Virus record (IMG/VR): IMGVR_UViG_3300036823_000156
Coordinates: 19,960 to 83,959 of that record
Direction: 5' to 3' (one strand)
Source of the DNA: a virus
Length of the DNA stretch: 64,000 nucleotides
Both the position numbers and the translations under genes were made by a program. This document shows positions 19,671-29,094 of this stretch, in pieces; the stretch's first letter is position 1, and each line of letters begins with the position of its first letter. The notes beneath the pieces are model-generated. The model did no database searches, had not been told where the DNA came from, and worked only from the letters and a program-made list of their open reading frames with translations.

Positions 19671-20240
19671 TCACGTCTCGACGACTTCGTTGGCGCTGGC
19701 CCGGTAGGTCAGCTCCTCGGGAAGCTTCAGGGCGCCTCGGCGCAGCAGTCGGATGTCGTTGGTGGACAGTCGCAGCCGGTAGCCCCGAGGGGCGCCCTGC
19801 ACGAGCTGTGGCCACAGGATGGGCATGTCGGCCGGAGTGCCCGGCCACTGCGGCGCGTACTCACGACGGGACCGGATCAGCTGGCTGCGGTGGCTGCGGT
19901 GGATGTGCAGGTCGCCCAGCCACGGCGGGTTCAGCAGCTCGTCGCCGCCGTTCTCCAGATCCGTCCCGGTGGTGGCCAGCAGATCGGTGTCCAGGTCGGG
20001 CAGTGAGTGGTTCCGGTTGGTGACCAGCTCGTTGGCCATCATCAGGCCGTGGATGCACAGCCGCCACTGGTACGGCCCCCACATCGAGATCGCCAGAAAC
20101 CGCTTGTTCGTGGGAGAGTCGGGAGGCGCGAGGAGCAGCCGCAGCACCTCGGTCGAGGTCTCCACCTGCTCGACCAGATCCTCGTCAGTCAGGGACTGGG
20201 CCGCTTTGCCCGGCTCGATATGCGGCATCCAGGTGATCAT
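19671..20240 (-). CDS. Pyrimidine-dimer DNA glycosylase-like (MSMEG_6728 family)
   Basis: MITWMP...A..L...L..Q.E, MW.PY, PPWLGD..IHRSHRS.L pattern. Confidence 0.7.
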   Translation of the reverse strand: MITWMPHIEPGKAAQSLTDEDLVEQVETSTEVLRLLLAPPDSPTNKRFLAISMWGPYQWRLCIHGLMMANELVTNRNHSLPDLDTDLLATTGTDLENGGDELLNPPWLGDLHIHRSHRSQLIRSRREYAPQWPGTPADMPILWPQLVQGAPRGYRLRLSTNDIRLLRRGALKLPEELTYRASANEVVET

Positions 20241-20411
20241 GCTTGCAGCCCATGTCCTTCCTGTGTGCTCCCGGCCGCCGCTCTCTGCGAACGACGGCCG
20301 GGACCCGTGGGTAGTGCAACTTTCAATTACCTGCAGAAGTACAGGTAACCGGTCACCATCAGGATGGCGACGTTCAGAACAACCAACAGGACGCGCCACA
20401 GCGCCTGGTGG

Positions 20412-21371
20412 TTAGAACGGCGGCGCGCCGCCGGCAGTACGAGCACCACGCGCACGCCGAGCGGGGGGAGCCGCAGCCGGTTCGGGAGCAGGGGCGGGGG
20501 CGGCATCCTCTTCGGCTTCTTCCTCGTCGGCGTCCTCGGGCGTCACGTTCGGGAACTCGGTGGTGAGGATCATGTCGATGATGTCGTCGTCGGAGTGCCG
20601 CTTCAGGGGCTTGAGCTCCAGCGACTTGGCGATCTTCACCAGCTCGGGCCGCTTGCCCCCTTCGGCCAGCGCGTCCAGCTCCTCGGCCCGCGCGGTGTAG
20701 GCGGGGTCGACCTCGGACTCGGCCTCCTCCTCGACCTCGTCGGCTTCCTCGGCCTCCTCCTCGACCTCGTCGGCCTCGTCCTCGTCCGACTCCTCGGCCG
20801 GCGACTCGATGCCCTCTTCGGCCTCGTCCTCCTCGTCCTCCGGAGCGGCGTGGTCCTCGGTCGGGGGCACCAGGAAGGACTTGATCTCCATCTTGGCGTC
20901 GGTCGTCACACCGGTCTGCGGGTTGGTGTACGGCTTGCCCATGTTGATCGAGACGACCAGCGCCATGCCGGCCTCGTCGACCTTCAGCGACCCGATCTTG
21001 GTGATCTTGTCGTCGCCCCGGGACGTCTTGGTCGCCGACACCATCGGGCCGTTCGCCCAGAAGTCCTGGATGTCGGAGTCGCTGGCACCCAGGGCCACCA
21101 GGAAGCCGTTGACGAAGCGCGAGCTGTCGTCGGTGACGTTCTGGTTGTTCCAGATGGACTGGCCGTTGTACTGGGCCTTGTTCGACCCGGTCGCCTCGTC
21201 GCATTCCCACACGAAGCGCAGCATGTCGTCGTTGTTCTTGTTCTTGGACAGCGTGAGCTGCTTCAACTTTCCGCGGTACGCACCGGCCGGACCCTCGAAG
21301 GCGGTGAAACCGGTGGCCGGGGTGGACTTGGCGGAAGCGGATGAGACTCCGCCGAGTTTCCTACGAGGCAT
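20412..21371 (-). CDS. ssDNA-binding-like protein (DUF669-like) with acidic tail
   Basis: PAGAY.GK N-terminus, very acidic linker, C-terminal PPF; next to an AAA_24 ATPase. Confidence 0.6.
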   Translation of the reverse strand: MPRRKLGGVSSASAKSTPATGFTAFEGPAGAYRGKLKQLTLSKNKNNDDMLRFVWECDEATGSNKAQYNGQSIWNNQNVTDDSSRFVNGFLVALGASDSDIQDFWANGPMVSATKTSRGDDKITKIGSLKVDEAGMALVVSINMGKPYTNPQTGVTTDAKMEIKSFLVPPTEDHAAPEDEEDEAEEGIESPAEESDEDEADEVEEEAEEADEVEEEAESEVDPAYTARAEELDALAEGGKRPELVKIAKSLELKPLKRHSDDDIIDMILTTEFPNVTPEDADEEEAEEDAAPAPAPEPAAAPPARRARGARTAGGAPPF

Positions 21372-21424
21372 GGAGATTGCCCTCTTTCTGTTGTACGACC
21401 CACGGGTTGGGGTGGGGGACTGTG

Positions 21425-22270
21425 TTACTTCTTCGCGCGGGCGGCCCGCCGGGCGGCGGCACCTGACAGGCCACCGGTCGCGGTCGCGGTCGCGGGCGCG
21501 GGTCGGGACTCGCCTTCCGCGTTGAACGCGCCGTTGATGCGCGCGCTGATCTGCGCCAGGGTGCGGTTGTCGGTGAACTTGCCGAGGCTGTCGGTCCAGT
21601 CCTTGGCGAAGTAGGGAGGCCGGGGCTGCCAGTAGATCCGCCGGACCTCGGTGCCCTTCTCGTTCTCCGTACCGTGTTCGATGATCTTCATGTAGCCGAC
21701 GCAGGTCATCATGCCACAGACGAAGTTGCTGATCTTGCCCTTCCCGCCCTCCAGAGCGGGAAGAACGGACTCGTCACCGCCGTCGGTGTCGACGTTCATG
21801 TCCTGTGCGGTCATGATCACGTTGCGCGGGTTGTCGCACAGCTCACCGATCAACCGGCGGGTCAGGTTCTGGTACTCCAGGTGGTCCTGGATCTGCAGGA
21901 CGTCGAGCTTGCGGGTGCCTTGCGCCGCCTTGCCGAACTCCCGGGACAAGATCCAGTCGATCGCCTTGGACTGGATGGAGGTGAGCGAGTCGAACAGTGT
22001 CCACTCGGGATCACCGTACTCGCCGTCCTCCCACGCCTGCTTGGCGGCCAGGAACGTCTCGAAGTCGGGACACACGATGATCTTGCCCTTGCCGCCGAGA
22101 CGGCGGGCCGAGGCGCCCTTGTCCTTCTCGCAGGAGATCACCAGATCCGCACCGCCGGCACCAGCGCCGAACACGGTCTTCCCGATGCCGGACTTCCCGT
22201 ACACCAACATGTTGACCGATACTGGCGTCTCGTCCAGGGCGACGGGGGTGGGTGCCTTGCGAGCGGGCAT
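21425..22270 (-). CDS. AAA_24 / Sak4-like ATPase recombinase
   Basis: LVYGKSGIGKT Walker A, FDSLT, NVIMTAQ, YFAKD. Confidence 0.8.
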   Translation of the reverse strand: MPARKAPTPVALDETPVSVNMLVYGKSGIGKTVFGAGAGGADLVISCEKDKGASARRLGGKGKIIVCPDFETFLAAKQAWEDGEYGDPEWTLFDSLTSIQSKAIDWILSREFGKAAQGTRKLDVLQIQDHLEYQNLTRRLIGELCDNPRNVIMTAQDMNVDTDGGDESVLPALEGGKGKISNFVCGMMTCVGYMKIIEHGTENEKGTEVRRIYWQPRPPYFAKDWTDSLGKFTDNRTLAQISARINGAFNAEGESRPAPATATATGGLSGAAARRAARAKK

Positions 22271-22440
22271 GGTGTAGATCCTTCCGGCCGGAGACGATCA
22301 GCTTAGCCTCTGCTGGAGAGGCTGGTCAAGCAGGTCGGGCAACGTGGCGTCGTCCGGGTGCACGGCCCGGTGCCGGTCGGAGAACATCCACACCAACTCC
22401 ACCAGCGCGACCACGCATACCAGTACTGCCAACATAAAGT

Positions 22441-22731
22441 TCACTGCATCCTCCTCTCGGTATGTTCGGCATTGATCTGATCGACCATCGCACGGGCGCC
22501 GACCAGAAAGTCCCGCCACCGGGTCGGTTCGGGCCCCGTCATGCCGAAATGCTCGCGCAACTCGGCCACCAGCACATCGTCGCCAGGGTTGCGATCAGGA
22601 TGCCCGAGAGCCTCGGAGAGTACGTCTCGGAACCTATCTGCCACGTCCGATGCAATGCGGTGCGCCGCTCGCGAATTCTCCAGCATGGCCAGTAGTCGCT
22701 GGATCTCGGCCGACGGTTCGATGTCCTTCAC
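22441..22731 (-). CDS. Hypothetical protein
   Basis: GTG after an AGGAG-rich RBS. Confidence 0.5.
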   Translation of the reverse strand: MKDIEPSAEIQRLLAMLENSRAAHRIASDVADRFRDVLSEALGHPDRNPGDDVLVAELREHFGMTGPEPTRWRDFLVGARAMVDQINAEHTERRMQ

Positions 22732-22872
22732 TCCTTCTCCTTCCCTTCCTCGTCTCGGCGTCGGTTCAGATCCCATGCTGTCGTGCCCTCGTAGCCGAAG
22801 TGGATGTGCGGCCCCATGTGATCAGCGGGCAGGTCGCAATGCAGGTCGCGCAACGCCTCGTAGGCCTCGCAG

Positions 22873-23475
22873 TCAGTCGGCAGCATGCTGCTTGCTCAGC
22901 CGGTTCAGGAATACCTGGTACTGCGCGCGGTGTTCGGTGATCTCGTGGATGATCTCGGCGACGCCGTCGTCGAACGGACGCGCACGCCACCCGGCGATCT
23001 CCCGATCCTTCCACTCGATGGCGTCGACCAGCAGCGCGATCACCGCATCGCGCGTGGCCCACCGGTCGTCGAAGACCAGCCGAGCATTGTGTTCCACGGC
23101 TTTGTATACGTATTCGCGGAGATCGGTCACTCGGCAGAACGCACGCCGGTCGTAGAACGCGGCCTTGTAGAAGATCGACACTCGACTGCGACCGAACGCG
23201 TCCGTGATCTCCGACCACATCGAATGCTCGGTCGCGCTCTTGGCCCAGCCTTCAGGTATCGTCACGTGACGAAACAACGTGTCGTGCTGGACGACATCGC
23301 CCAGCGTGAATCCGATCTCGGCCAGCTTGTCGCTGCCCTTGGTCGGCACCTGGTCGGAGTGCACCAGTTGGCGCTGCCCGTCGGCCTCCATGCCGGTGAT
23401 GTAGCCGCTCTGTCCCAGGGCCAGTAGGCCCACGAAGTTGGTCGCAGGATCGCGCCCGGACGTGTCCTCGATCAT
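22873..23475 (-). CDS. Hypothetical phage protein
   Basis: GGAAGG RBS; IFYKAAFYDR motif seen in actinophage proteins. Confidence 0.65.
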   Translation of the reverse strand: MIEDTSGRDPATNFVGLLALGQSGYITGMEADGQRQLVHSDQVPTKGSDKLAEIGFTLGDVVQHDTLFRHVTIPEGWAKSATEHSMWSEITDAFGRSRVSIFYKAAFYDRRAFCRVTDLREYVYKAVEHNARLVFDDRWATRDAVIALLVDAIEWKDREIAGWRARPFDDGVAEIIHEITEHRAQYQVFLNRLSKQHAAD

Positions 23476-23626
23476 CGCCTTCCCTTCCTCGCCAACGAGT
23501 CGGGCCGGCACCCCGTTCGAGATGCCGACCCGTACTCACTTCTGGTTGCTCAGCCGTCGCACTTCGTGCGGAAGCAGCTGGTACACACGTACCCTTCCTG
23601 GTGGCACGAACACCCGCAGGGGGTCA

Positions 23627-24481
23627 TCAGTCGTTCGGGTTGTCGTTGGCCTTCAGGCAGACCACCCACGTGCGCACAGTCTGCGTCGTGTCGGTCGTGT
23701 TCTGGAAGGTGACCAGCCAACCCTTGCCGTTCGTGCCGGTCAGTTCGTCCCTGCTCATGCTGACGTTCACACCGGTCACGCTGCCCGAGCCGTTCCCGAC
23801 CGAGTAGCCACCGCCGACGGCGACGAAATCGGTGGCGGGACCGTTGGCGGCATCCCCACCGATCGGGTAGCCGGGGTCGGTGATCAGGTTGTCATCCGCC
23901 GTACCAGCACACGTCGCGGCAACCTGGGCCTGCCCATTGGGCGGGACCGTCGAGCCGAACGAATTGTGCAGCACGTTGCCGACCGTGGGGTCGGCCGGCA
24001 GCACCGACTCGGCGTCGATCTCGACCAGGGCGTGCGTGGCTGCACCCTCTTCTTCGATCACGAACGTGCCGGCCGCGTCCAGCTTGACCCACGCGACGCC
24101 GGAGTTCTCGCTGCCCTTGGTGTAGGCCACGGTCGGGTTGCCCGGCGCGCCGGTGCCGGTCGCGTGGGCGACGAGCTGGCCGGTGCCGGTCGGGTTGAAC
24201 GCGGTGACCTTGACCAGGACCGCCGTGGCGCCCGGGTCGGCCAGACCCGCAGCGGCACCGGTGGCCTGCACGGTCACGTCATGACCGTTGAACAGTGGTC
24301 CACCGTTCGGGACGCTGAAACCCGGCACGCGCACGTTGGCGGGCAGGGTGACGACGTTGGACGGGGCGCTGGCGGTACCGGGCGCCGGGGCGGCGCTGGC
24401 CGTGCCGGCCAGGCCGAGGCCGGTCAGCGCGAGGGCGCCGACGGCGAGGCCGATGACGGCCCGCTTGCTGATCTTGAACAA
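23627..24481 (-). CDS. Secreted/exported beta-rich protein
   Basis: Sec signal peptide (KISKR, hydrophobic stretch, ASA-A); C-terminal AVGGGY...W.V...VVC domain. Confidence 0.7.
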   Translation of the reverse strand: MFKISKRAVIGLAVGALALTGLGLAGTASAAPAPGTASAPSNVVTLPANVRVPGFSVPNGGPLFNGHDVTVQATGAAAGLADPGATAVLVKVTAFNPTGTGQLVAHATGTGAPGNPTVAYTKGSENSGVAWVKLDAAGTFVIEEEGAATHALVEIDAESVLPADPTVGNVLHNSFGSTVPPNGQAQVAATCAGTADDNLITDPGYPIGGDAANGPATDFVAVGGGYSVGNGSGSVTGVNVSMSRDELTGTNGKGWLVTFQNTTDTTQTVRTWVVCLKANDNPND

Positions 24482-24550
24482 GGTGTATCCCTTCGAGTAG
24501 GTGATGGTGCGTAGCCCTGATGCTCTAGCGGAGGCTGACTCTAGCAGAGC

Positions 24551-24757
24551 CTAGTCGTCGGGCGCAACGCCCGGGGGCGCGCTTTGGTTGAACAGCGCGA
24601 TCGTGATGTGGAACTGGCACAGCACGACCATGTACCGCTGGATCTCCCCGCCGATCTCCATGGCCAGCATCTGCTGGGACGTGTCCGGCGAGCCGCACAG
24701 GTCGTAGGTGTCGGCCTCGGCGTTGTGGCCGGTGACCCGGACGCAGGGGCCGCTCAC
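24551..24757 (-). CDS. Hypothetical protein
   Basis: Coupled small ORF. Confidence 0.5.
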   Translation of the reverse strand: MSGPCVRVTGHNAEADTYDLCGSPDTSQQMLAMEIGGEIQRYMVVLCQFHITIALFNQSAPPGVAPDD

Positions 24758-24987
24758 TCCGGCACGATCGGGCAGTGGCGGTACTGGTCGATGGCGGTCA
24801 GGACCGACGGCAGCCGCATCAGCACGTTGTTCATGCTCGCCGCGATCTCGGGGGCGGCGGCGTCGGACATCGTCACCGCCACGAACCGCGACACGTTCGG
24901 CTCACCCTCGAACTGGACGTCGAGGTAGATCGTGCGCGGGTTGTGCCGGCCGACCCGGAAACTCACGTGCTCGATGAACTCGCTCAC
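24754..24987 (-). CDS. Hypothetical protein
   Basis: Coupled small ORF (RVGRHNPRTIY). Confidence 0.55.
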   Translation of the reverse strand: MSEFIEHVSFRVGRHNPRTIYLDVQFEGEPNVSRFVAVTMSDAAAPEIAASMNNVLMRLPSVLTAIDQYRHCPIVPE

Positions 24988-25991
24988 CAGTCCTCCCCGT
25001 CGATCGTGTCGGCCAGTACCGAGACCTCGGTCGGGCGGTAGCCGTAGTGCACCCGGTCATTGATCATCTTGGCCTCGGCCAGACTCATGGCTGTGTTGGC
25101 CCACTGCCGGCTGCGTTCACCTCGGGGCAGCGAGACGGCGAAACCGGTGACGCCGCCCCGACCACTGGGCTTGGTCGGGATGCCGGCGCCGACGGTGCTG
25201 AACTCGACCACCATGCGATCTAGCTTGGGCGTTCGTTTCGTGCGGCCCAGAAGCATCCGTTCCAGCTGCAGGTTGACCGGGTAGTCGTCCTCGGGCAGGT
25301 GCAACACGCCCGCGACCGGCTCGCCGACCTTCTCGTAGCTGTAGCGCTTCGGTCCCCAGATCCGGTCCAGCAGGCTGGTGTTCAGGGTGCCGTACTGCCA
25401 CTTCGGGTCGTCGCGGCTGTGCGTGTCGCGCTTGGCCCACAGCGACCACGAGAGGAACTTGCCCTCCTGGTTGTAGCTGATGCCGGTGACGCGCGATTCG
25501 TAGCCGGTCGGGTTGAGGCGGCGCTGCAGGCCCTGACCGAATTTCTGGGTGTGCAGGTAGAGCGCGCCGAGACGACCCAGATGCAGGTGTGCGGCCAGCG
25601 TGTGCTCCGATCCGCAGTTGCCGACCTTGAACTCGATCGAGGCCCCGCGATGCGCCTTCCACAGCACGAGCTGGCCGCCGACGTTGCCGCGCGGTGTCTC
25701 GACCAGGAAGGTGCCGGGTTGCGGACGCAGAGGCGCTCCGATGACCCGGTCGCCATCCAGCCGCAGGTCCGACGTGCCCGGAGCACCGCCCCGGGCGCCG
25801 CACCGGTCACACACCGCCCAGGCCGCCCGGTCGGTGCCGTCCACGACGGGCCGGTGCCCGAACAGCCGGCACAGCGGGATCAGCCGGGGCAGCTCGTGCA
25901 CCCAGAAGCCGACGTCGACCGCGGCCTCGACGCCGCCGTCCTTACGGTAGTCGGTGGCGAACGCGTAGATCTTCTCGCCGAAGTGCTTCAC
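24984..25991 (-). CDS. Hypothetical protein
   Basis: GTGA overlaps on both sides; CRLFGH...CDRC motif. Confidence 0.6.
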   Translation of the reverse strand: MKHFGEKIYAFATDYRKDGGVEAAVDVGFWVHELPRLIPLCRLFGHRPVVDGTDRAAWAVCDRCGARGGAPGTSDLRLDGDRVIGAPLRPQPGTFLVETPRGNVGGQLVLWKAHRGASIEFKVGNCGSEHTLAAHLHLGRLGALYLHTQKFGQGLQRRLNPTGYESRVTGISYNQEGKFLSWSLWAKRDTHSRDDPKWQYGTLNTSLLDRIWGPKRYSYEKVGEPVAGVLHLPEDDYPVNLQLERMLLGRTKRTPKLDRMVVEFSTVGAGIPTKPSGRGGVTGFAVSLPRGERSRQWANTAMSLAEAKMINDRVHYGYRPTEVSVLADTIDGEDW

Positions 25992-26344
25992 CGGACGCGC
26001 TCGCTCATGTGCAAGGCCTGGTGCGGGTCCTCGACCAGGGTGTAGTGCGCGCCGCCGTCGGTCGACATGGCCTTCGAGTTGCGCTTGTTCTGCCACAGCG
26101 GCGTTCCGCTGATGCCGGTCTGATCGACCCACTCGTCCGGGTCGTTCGTCAGCGGCGTCAGGTTCTCGTACTGCAGCAGCGCGTTCAGCGTCGGGATGAA
26201 GACGGACGCCGACCCTCCACTGTGGCGCATGTCGGCGAACACCCGGATCATCTCCAGGTATCCGCGGACCATGTCCGGCTCCTCGCCCAGCAGTGCCAGC
26301 TCGCGCTGGGCGTGCTTGATCAGGTTACTGTCGCTCTCGCTCAC
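25988..26344 (-). CDS. Hypothetical phage protein
   Basis: SNLIKHA.REL...HSGGSA...LTPLT...EW...WQNKR pattern. Confidence 0.65.
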   Translation of the reverse strand: MSESDSNLIKHAQRELALLGEEPDMVRGYLEMIRVFADMRHSGGSASVFIPTLNALLQYENLTPLTNDPDEWVDQTGISGTPLWQNKRNSKAMSTDGGAHYTLVEDPHQALHMSERVR

Positions 26345-27471
26345 TTCGTGGGCTCCTTCACCTTGAGAAACTTGCTGGACACCGCGTCGACCCGGTGGTC
26401 GGCGTACGGGTCCTCCTGGTGGTAGGCGTAGTGCTGGTAGGACTCCCAGTCGCCGCCCTGCTCGTGCAGCTCGCACATCTCGACGAACGGACAGAAGACG
26501 CACTCGCGCGTGGGGGTCTTGGTGATCGGCAACTCGCCGGTGCGCACCAGGTTCATGTGCTCGACCTCGTCCTGGATGCGGTCAAGCTGGATCTGGCGCT
26601 CCTTGGCGGTGCGCCGGATCGTGGTGCGCAGGAACAGCGGTGCCGGCTGGACCTTGCTGACCTCGCCCAGCACCTGCAGCATGAGTGCCGCCGCGATGGA
26701 CTCCAGGCCGTCCTTGGACAGCTTCTTCAGGTCGGCCTCGGTCCAGCCGTCCAGCCCGGTCAGCGCCGCGATGTAGTGCGGCTTGGTCGGCTGGTTGGTG
26801 GCCAGACCCTGCTCGGTGCGCGGCCGGTCGTCGGGCATCCCCTTGCGCATGAAGTTGTACTCGATGCCGTACAGGGATTCCTTCGGGCCGATCTTGCCCT
26901 GGTGCCGCAGCTCGTGCGTGGCGACCGCCCAGTACGACCCGGCCTGGTCGTCGAGCACCAGGTGCGAGGTCGAGATGGTGGCCGCGGTCTTGTGCTCCAT
27001 GAGCTTGATCTTGCCGTCAGCGTGGTCGCGGATGACGCCGTCGAACGTGCCGACGTAGTTGATCACCGGCGAGGGCCGTCCAATGAGGACATGGAAGGCG
27101 TACTCCGGTGAGATCACCTCCCACGACGGGTCGCCCCGGTAGCGCTGGACGTAGCCCTCCATCATGGCCGCGCCCAGCTTCTTCGCATCCACCCACTCGG
27201 CCTGTTCCGGATCGCCGGTGCCCCGGTTGTCCCGGATGAAGGCCAACGTGTCGCCGCAGTAGCGCTCCCACGTCTCGCGCGGGTCGGCGCCCCGGACCAT
27301 GCCGGGCGGGTAGTACTCGGCCAGCGCGAGGTGGATGCCGGTGCCGAACCACAGGGCATCCGGCTTCACCGCGTTGGTCCGCAGGCCCATCCGGTAGGAC
27401 CAGAACCATTGCTGGATGCAACGTTTGAACGAACCGCGCTCGCTGGTGCGCAGGTAGGGCAGATCGTTCAT
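26341..27471 (-). CDS. Cas4/RecB-like PD-(D/E)xK exonuclease
   Basis: S.R..F.RC, GTGIH, GTFD...EHKT, C-terminal C..CPF...C. Confidence 0.85.
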   Translation of the reverse strand: MNDLPYLRTSERGSFKRCIQQWFWSYRMGLRTNAVKPDALWFGTGIHLALAEYYPPGMVRGADPRETWERYCGDTLAFIRDNRGTGDPEQAEWVDAKKLGAAMMEGYVQRYRGDPSWEVISPEYAFHVLIGRPSPVINYVGTFDGVIRDHADGKIKLMEHKTAATISTSHLVLDDQAGSYWAVATHELRHQGKIGPKESLYGIEYNFMRKGMPDDRPRTEQGLATNQPTKPHYIAALTGLDGWTEADLKKLSKDGLESIAAALMLQVLGEVSKVQPAPLFLRTTIRRTAKERQIQLDRIQDEVEHMNLVRTGELPITKTPTRECVFCPFVEMCELHEQGGDWESYQHYAYHQEDPYADHRVDAVSSKFLKVKEPTK

Positions 27472-27472
27472 C

Positions 27473-27793
27473 TCAGTCTTCCGGCCGCAAGGCGGGGTCG
27501 TCGAGCACCTGGTCCTCGGGGACGCCCTTGCGAGTGGCGTAGGCGTGCCGGGCGTTGCCGCTCCTACACTTCGGGCAGCGGCAGTAGTAGTTGTTGTAGG
27601 AGTTGAGGACGCCGTGCTCCGGAGCGTCCGGTGCCCACATGAACTCCTGGTCGTGCAGCTCGGCGCGCTCGGCCTGGGTGAAGACCATGCGCTGCGCGTT
27701 CTCCAGGTCGTCCCAGCCCGGCGGCATCGAACCGGCCCGGGACAGAACACGTGCGTCGCGTCGTTTCTCGCGTAGTTCGGCCGTGTTGGGCAT
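27473..27793 (-). CDS. Hypothetical Zn-binding protein
   Basis: HG...YNNY.CRC.KC motif. Confidence 0.6.
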   Translation of the reverse strand: MPNTAELREKRRDARVLSRAGSMPPGWDDLENAQRMVFTQAERAELHDQEFMWAPDAPEHGVLNSYNNYYCRCPKCRSGNARHAYATRKGVPEDQVLDDPALRPED

Positions 27794-27805
27794 GGGTACG
27801 CCTCT

Positions 27806-28447
27806 CTAGAATTCGACTTCGCCCGGCTGCAGGACGCCCGCGGACCGTCCCCGCCGCTTGGTCGACCGGGTGGGGGCCGGGGTCACGCTGGCCCGCACCG
27901 CGACCGTCTCGGTCTTCGGCGCGGCGGCGCGGCGGGCGGCCCGCCGTTCGGCCAGGGTCGTCCGAGCCTTGGCGGGCGTGGACGGCGCGGCGGCCTTCGC
28001 AGCGCGCTTCGCGGCTCGCTCCTGTTTCTGCTCTTCCTGGGCCTTGTAGGCCGCGATGAACGCCTCGCGCACGTTGATCGCGATCCGGCCACGAGGGGCG
28101 ACCTCGTAGCCGTGCTTGACCGCCCACTGGCGAATCGCGATGGCCGAGAATTTGTCGGTGATCTCGGGCGAGGACGTGACCTTGCCGGGCTTTTGGGGCG
28201 CACGCTTGGGTTCGCTGGTCGCGTACTGCACGGCGCCGTTGTGCTTGTCGGTGGCGTCGGCGTACTCCTTCGAGCCGACCCACGCCTGTCGCGCGGTGCT
28301 CTGCGCGAGGTGGATGCCCAACTCGAACATGCGTCGGCCGGTCCGCGACATCTCCAGCCCGGCCTGCTGGACGAACCATTCCGCTTCGTCGGTCTCGATC
28401 GGCTTGGGACCACTTTCAATGGCCCGCAGAACCCGTTCCTCCGCCAT
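27806..28447 (-). CDS. Lsr2-like DNA-binding protein with basic tail
   Basis: AIRQWAVKHGYEVAPRGRI matches the Lsr2 C-terminal AT-hook-like domain. Confidence 0.8.
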   Translation of the reverse strand: MAEERVLRAIESGPKPIETDEAEWFVQQAGLEMSRTGRRMFELGIHLAQSTARQAWVGSKEYADATDKHNGAVQYATSEPKRAPQKPGKVTSSPEITDKFSAIAIRQWAVKHGYEVAPRGRIAINVREAFIAAYKAQEEQKQERAAKRAAKAAAPSTPAKARTTLAERRAARRAAAPKTETVAVRASVTPAPTRSTKRRGRSAGVLQPGEVEF

Positions 28448-28477
28448 GCTTTCCTCCCGTGTCGACTGTCAGCGAAG

Positions 28478-28490
28478 AATGTACACTATC
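28478..28490 (-). promoter_or_regulatory. Conserved GTTAGTGTACATT-type motif (variant)
   Basis: aatgtacactatc; includes the TAG stop of the upstream gene. Confidence 0.6.
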
Positions 28491-29094
28491 GTTGCCAGGC
28501 CTCCACGGCGATGACCGCGTCGTCGTTGTCACGCAGCTGCAGCGAGTAGGTGTCGTTGTCGACTCCCAGCACGGCGTGCACGATCAGGTTTTTGCGCACA
28601 ATGCCTTCGACCCAGTGACCGTCGACCGACGCCCAGACCTTCTCGAAGTACAAGCCCTGCGGGGCACGGTGTACGACCAGCCCGTTCGACACCGGCTTCG
28701 GCTTCGCCTCCAACTCGGACAGACGCTGGATCAATGGCTTGGCCCGCAGCCAGTACAGCGCGCTGGTGGCGAAGTGCTCCCGCAACATCTCGTCCGGGCT
28801 CCACGAGCGACCCCGACCGCCCAGTTCGGTGTCACGCGCGGCCACGCACAACATCGCCTCCTGCGTCTGCAGGTAGCCGGCCCGCCGCTCGAACCACGCG
28901 ATCAGGTTCGCCCGATGTCCCGGCGCCAGCTGCTTGACCTTCAGCTTGCGTCCGTCGGCCGGGTACCACCACTTCTTCTGCTCCAGCAACTCCAGTGTGC
29001 TGGGACGGCCGTCGGCGTTCCAGCCGGACGTCGCGTTCTTGTAGTCCTCATCCCGGTCGAACGTCACGTCCTCGTAGTCCGTGTCGTCACCCAC
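28486..29094 (-). CDS. Hypothetical protein
   Basis: GTG start abutting the helicase stop; AAGGAG RBS. Confidence 0.6.
   Translation of the reverse strand: MGDDTDYEDVTFDRDEDYKNATSGWNADGRPSTLELLEQKKWWYPADGRKLKVKQLAPGHRANLIAWFERRAGYLQTQEAMLCVAARDTELGGRGRSWSPDEMLREHFATSALYWLRAKPLIQRLSELEAKPKPVSNGLVVHRAPQGLYFEKVWASVDGHWVEGIVRKNLIVHAVLGVDNDTYSLQLRDNDDAVIAVEAWQR

Noticed and set aside
26341-27471. Cas4 as part of a CRISPR adaptation module
   Set aside because: It sits with SSB, AAA and helicase genes as a typical phage recombination exonuclease; a role in guide acquisition cannot be supported from the sequence
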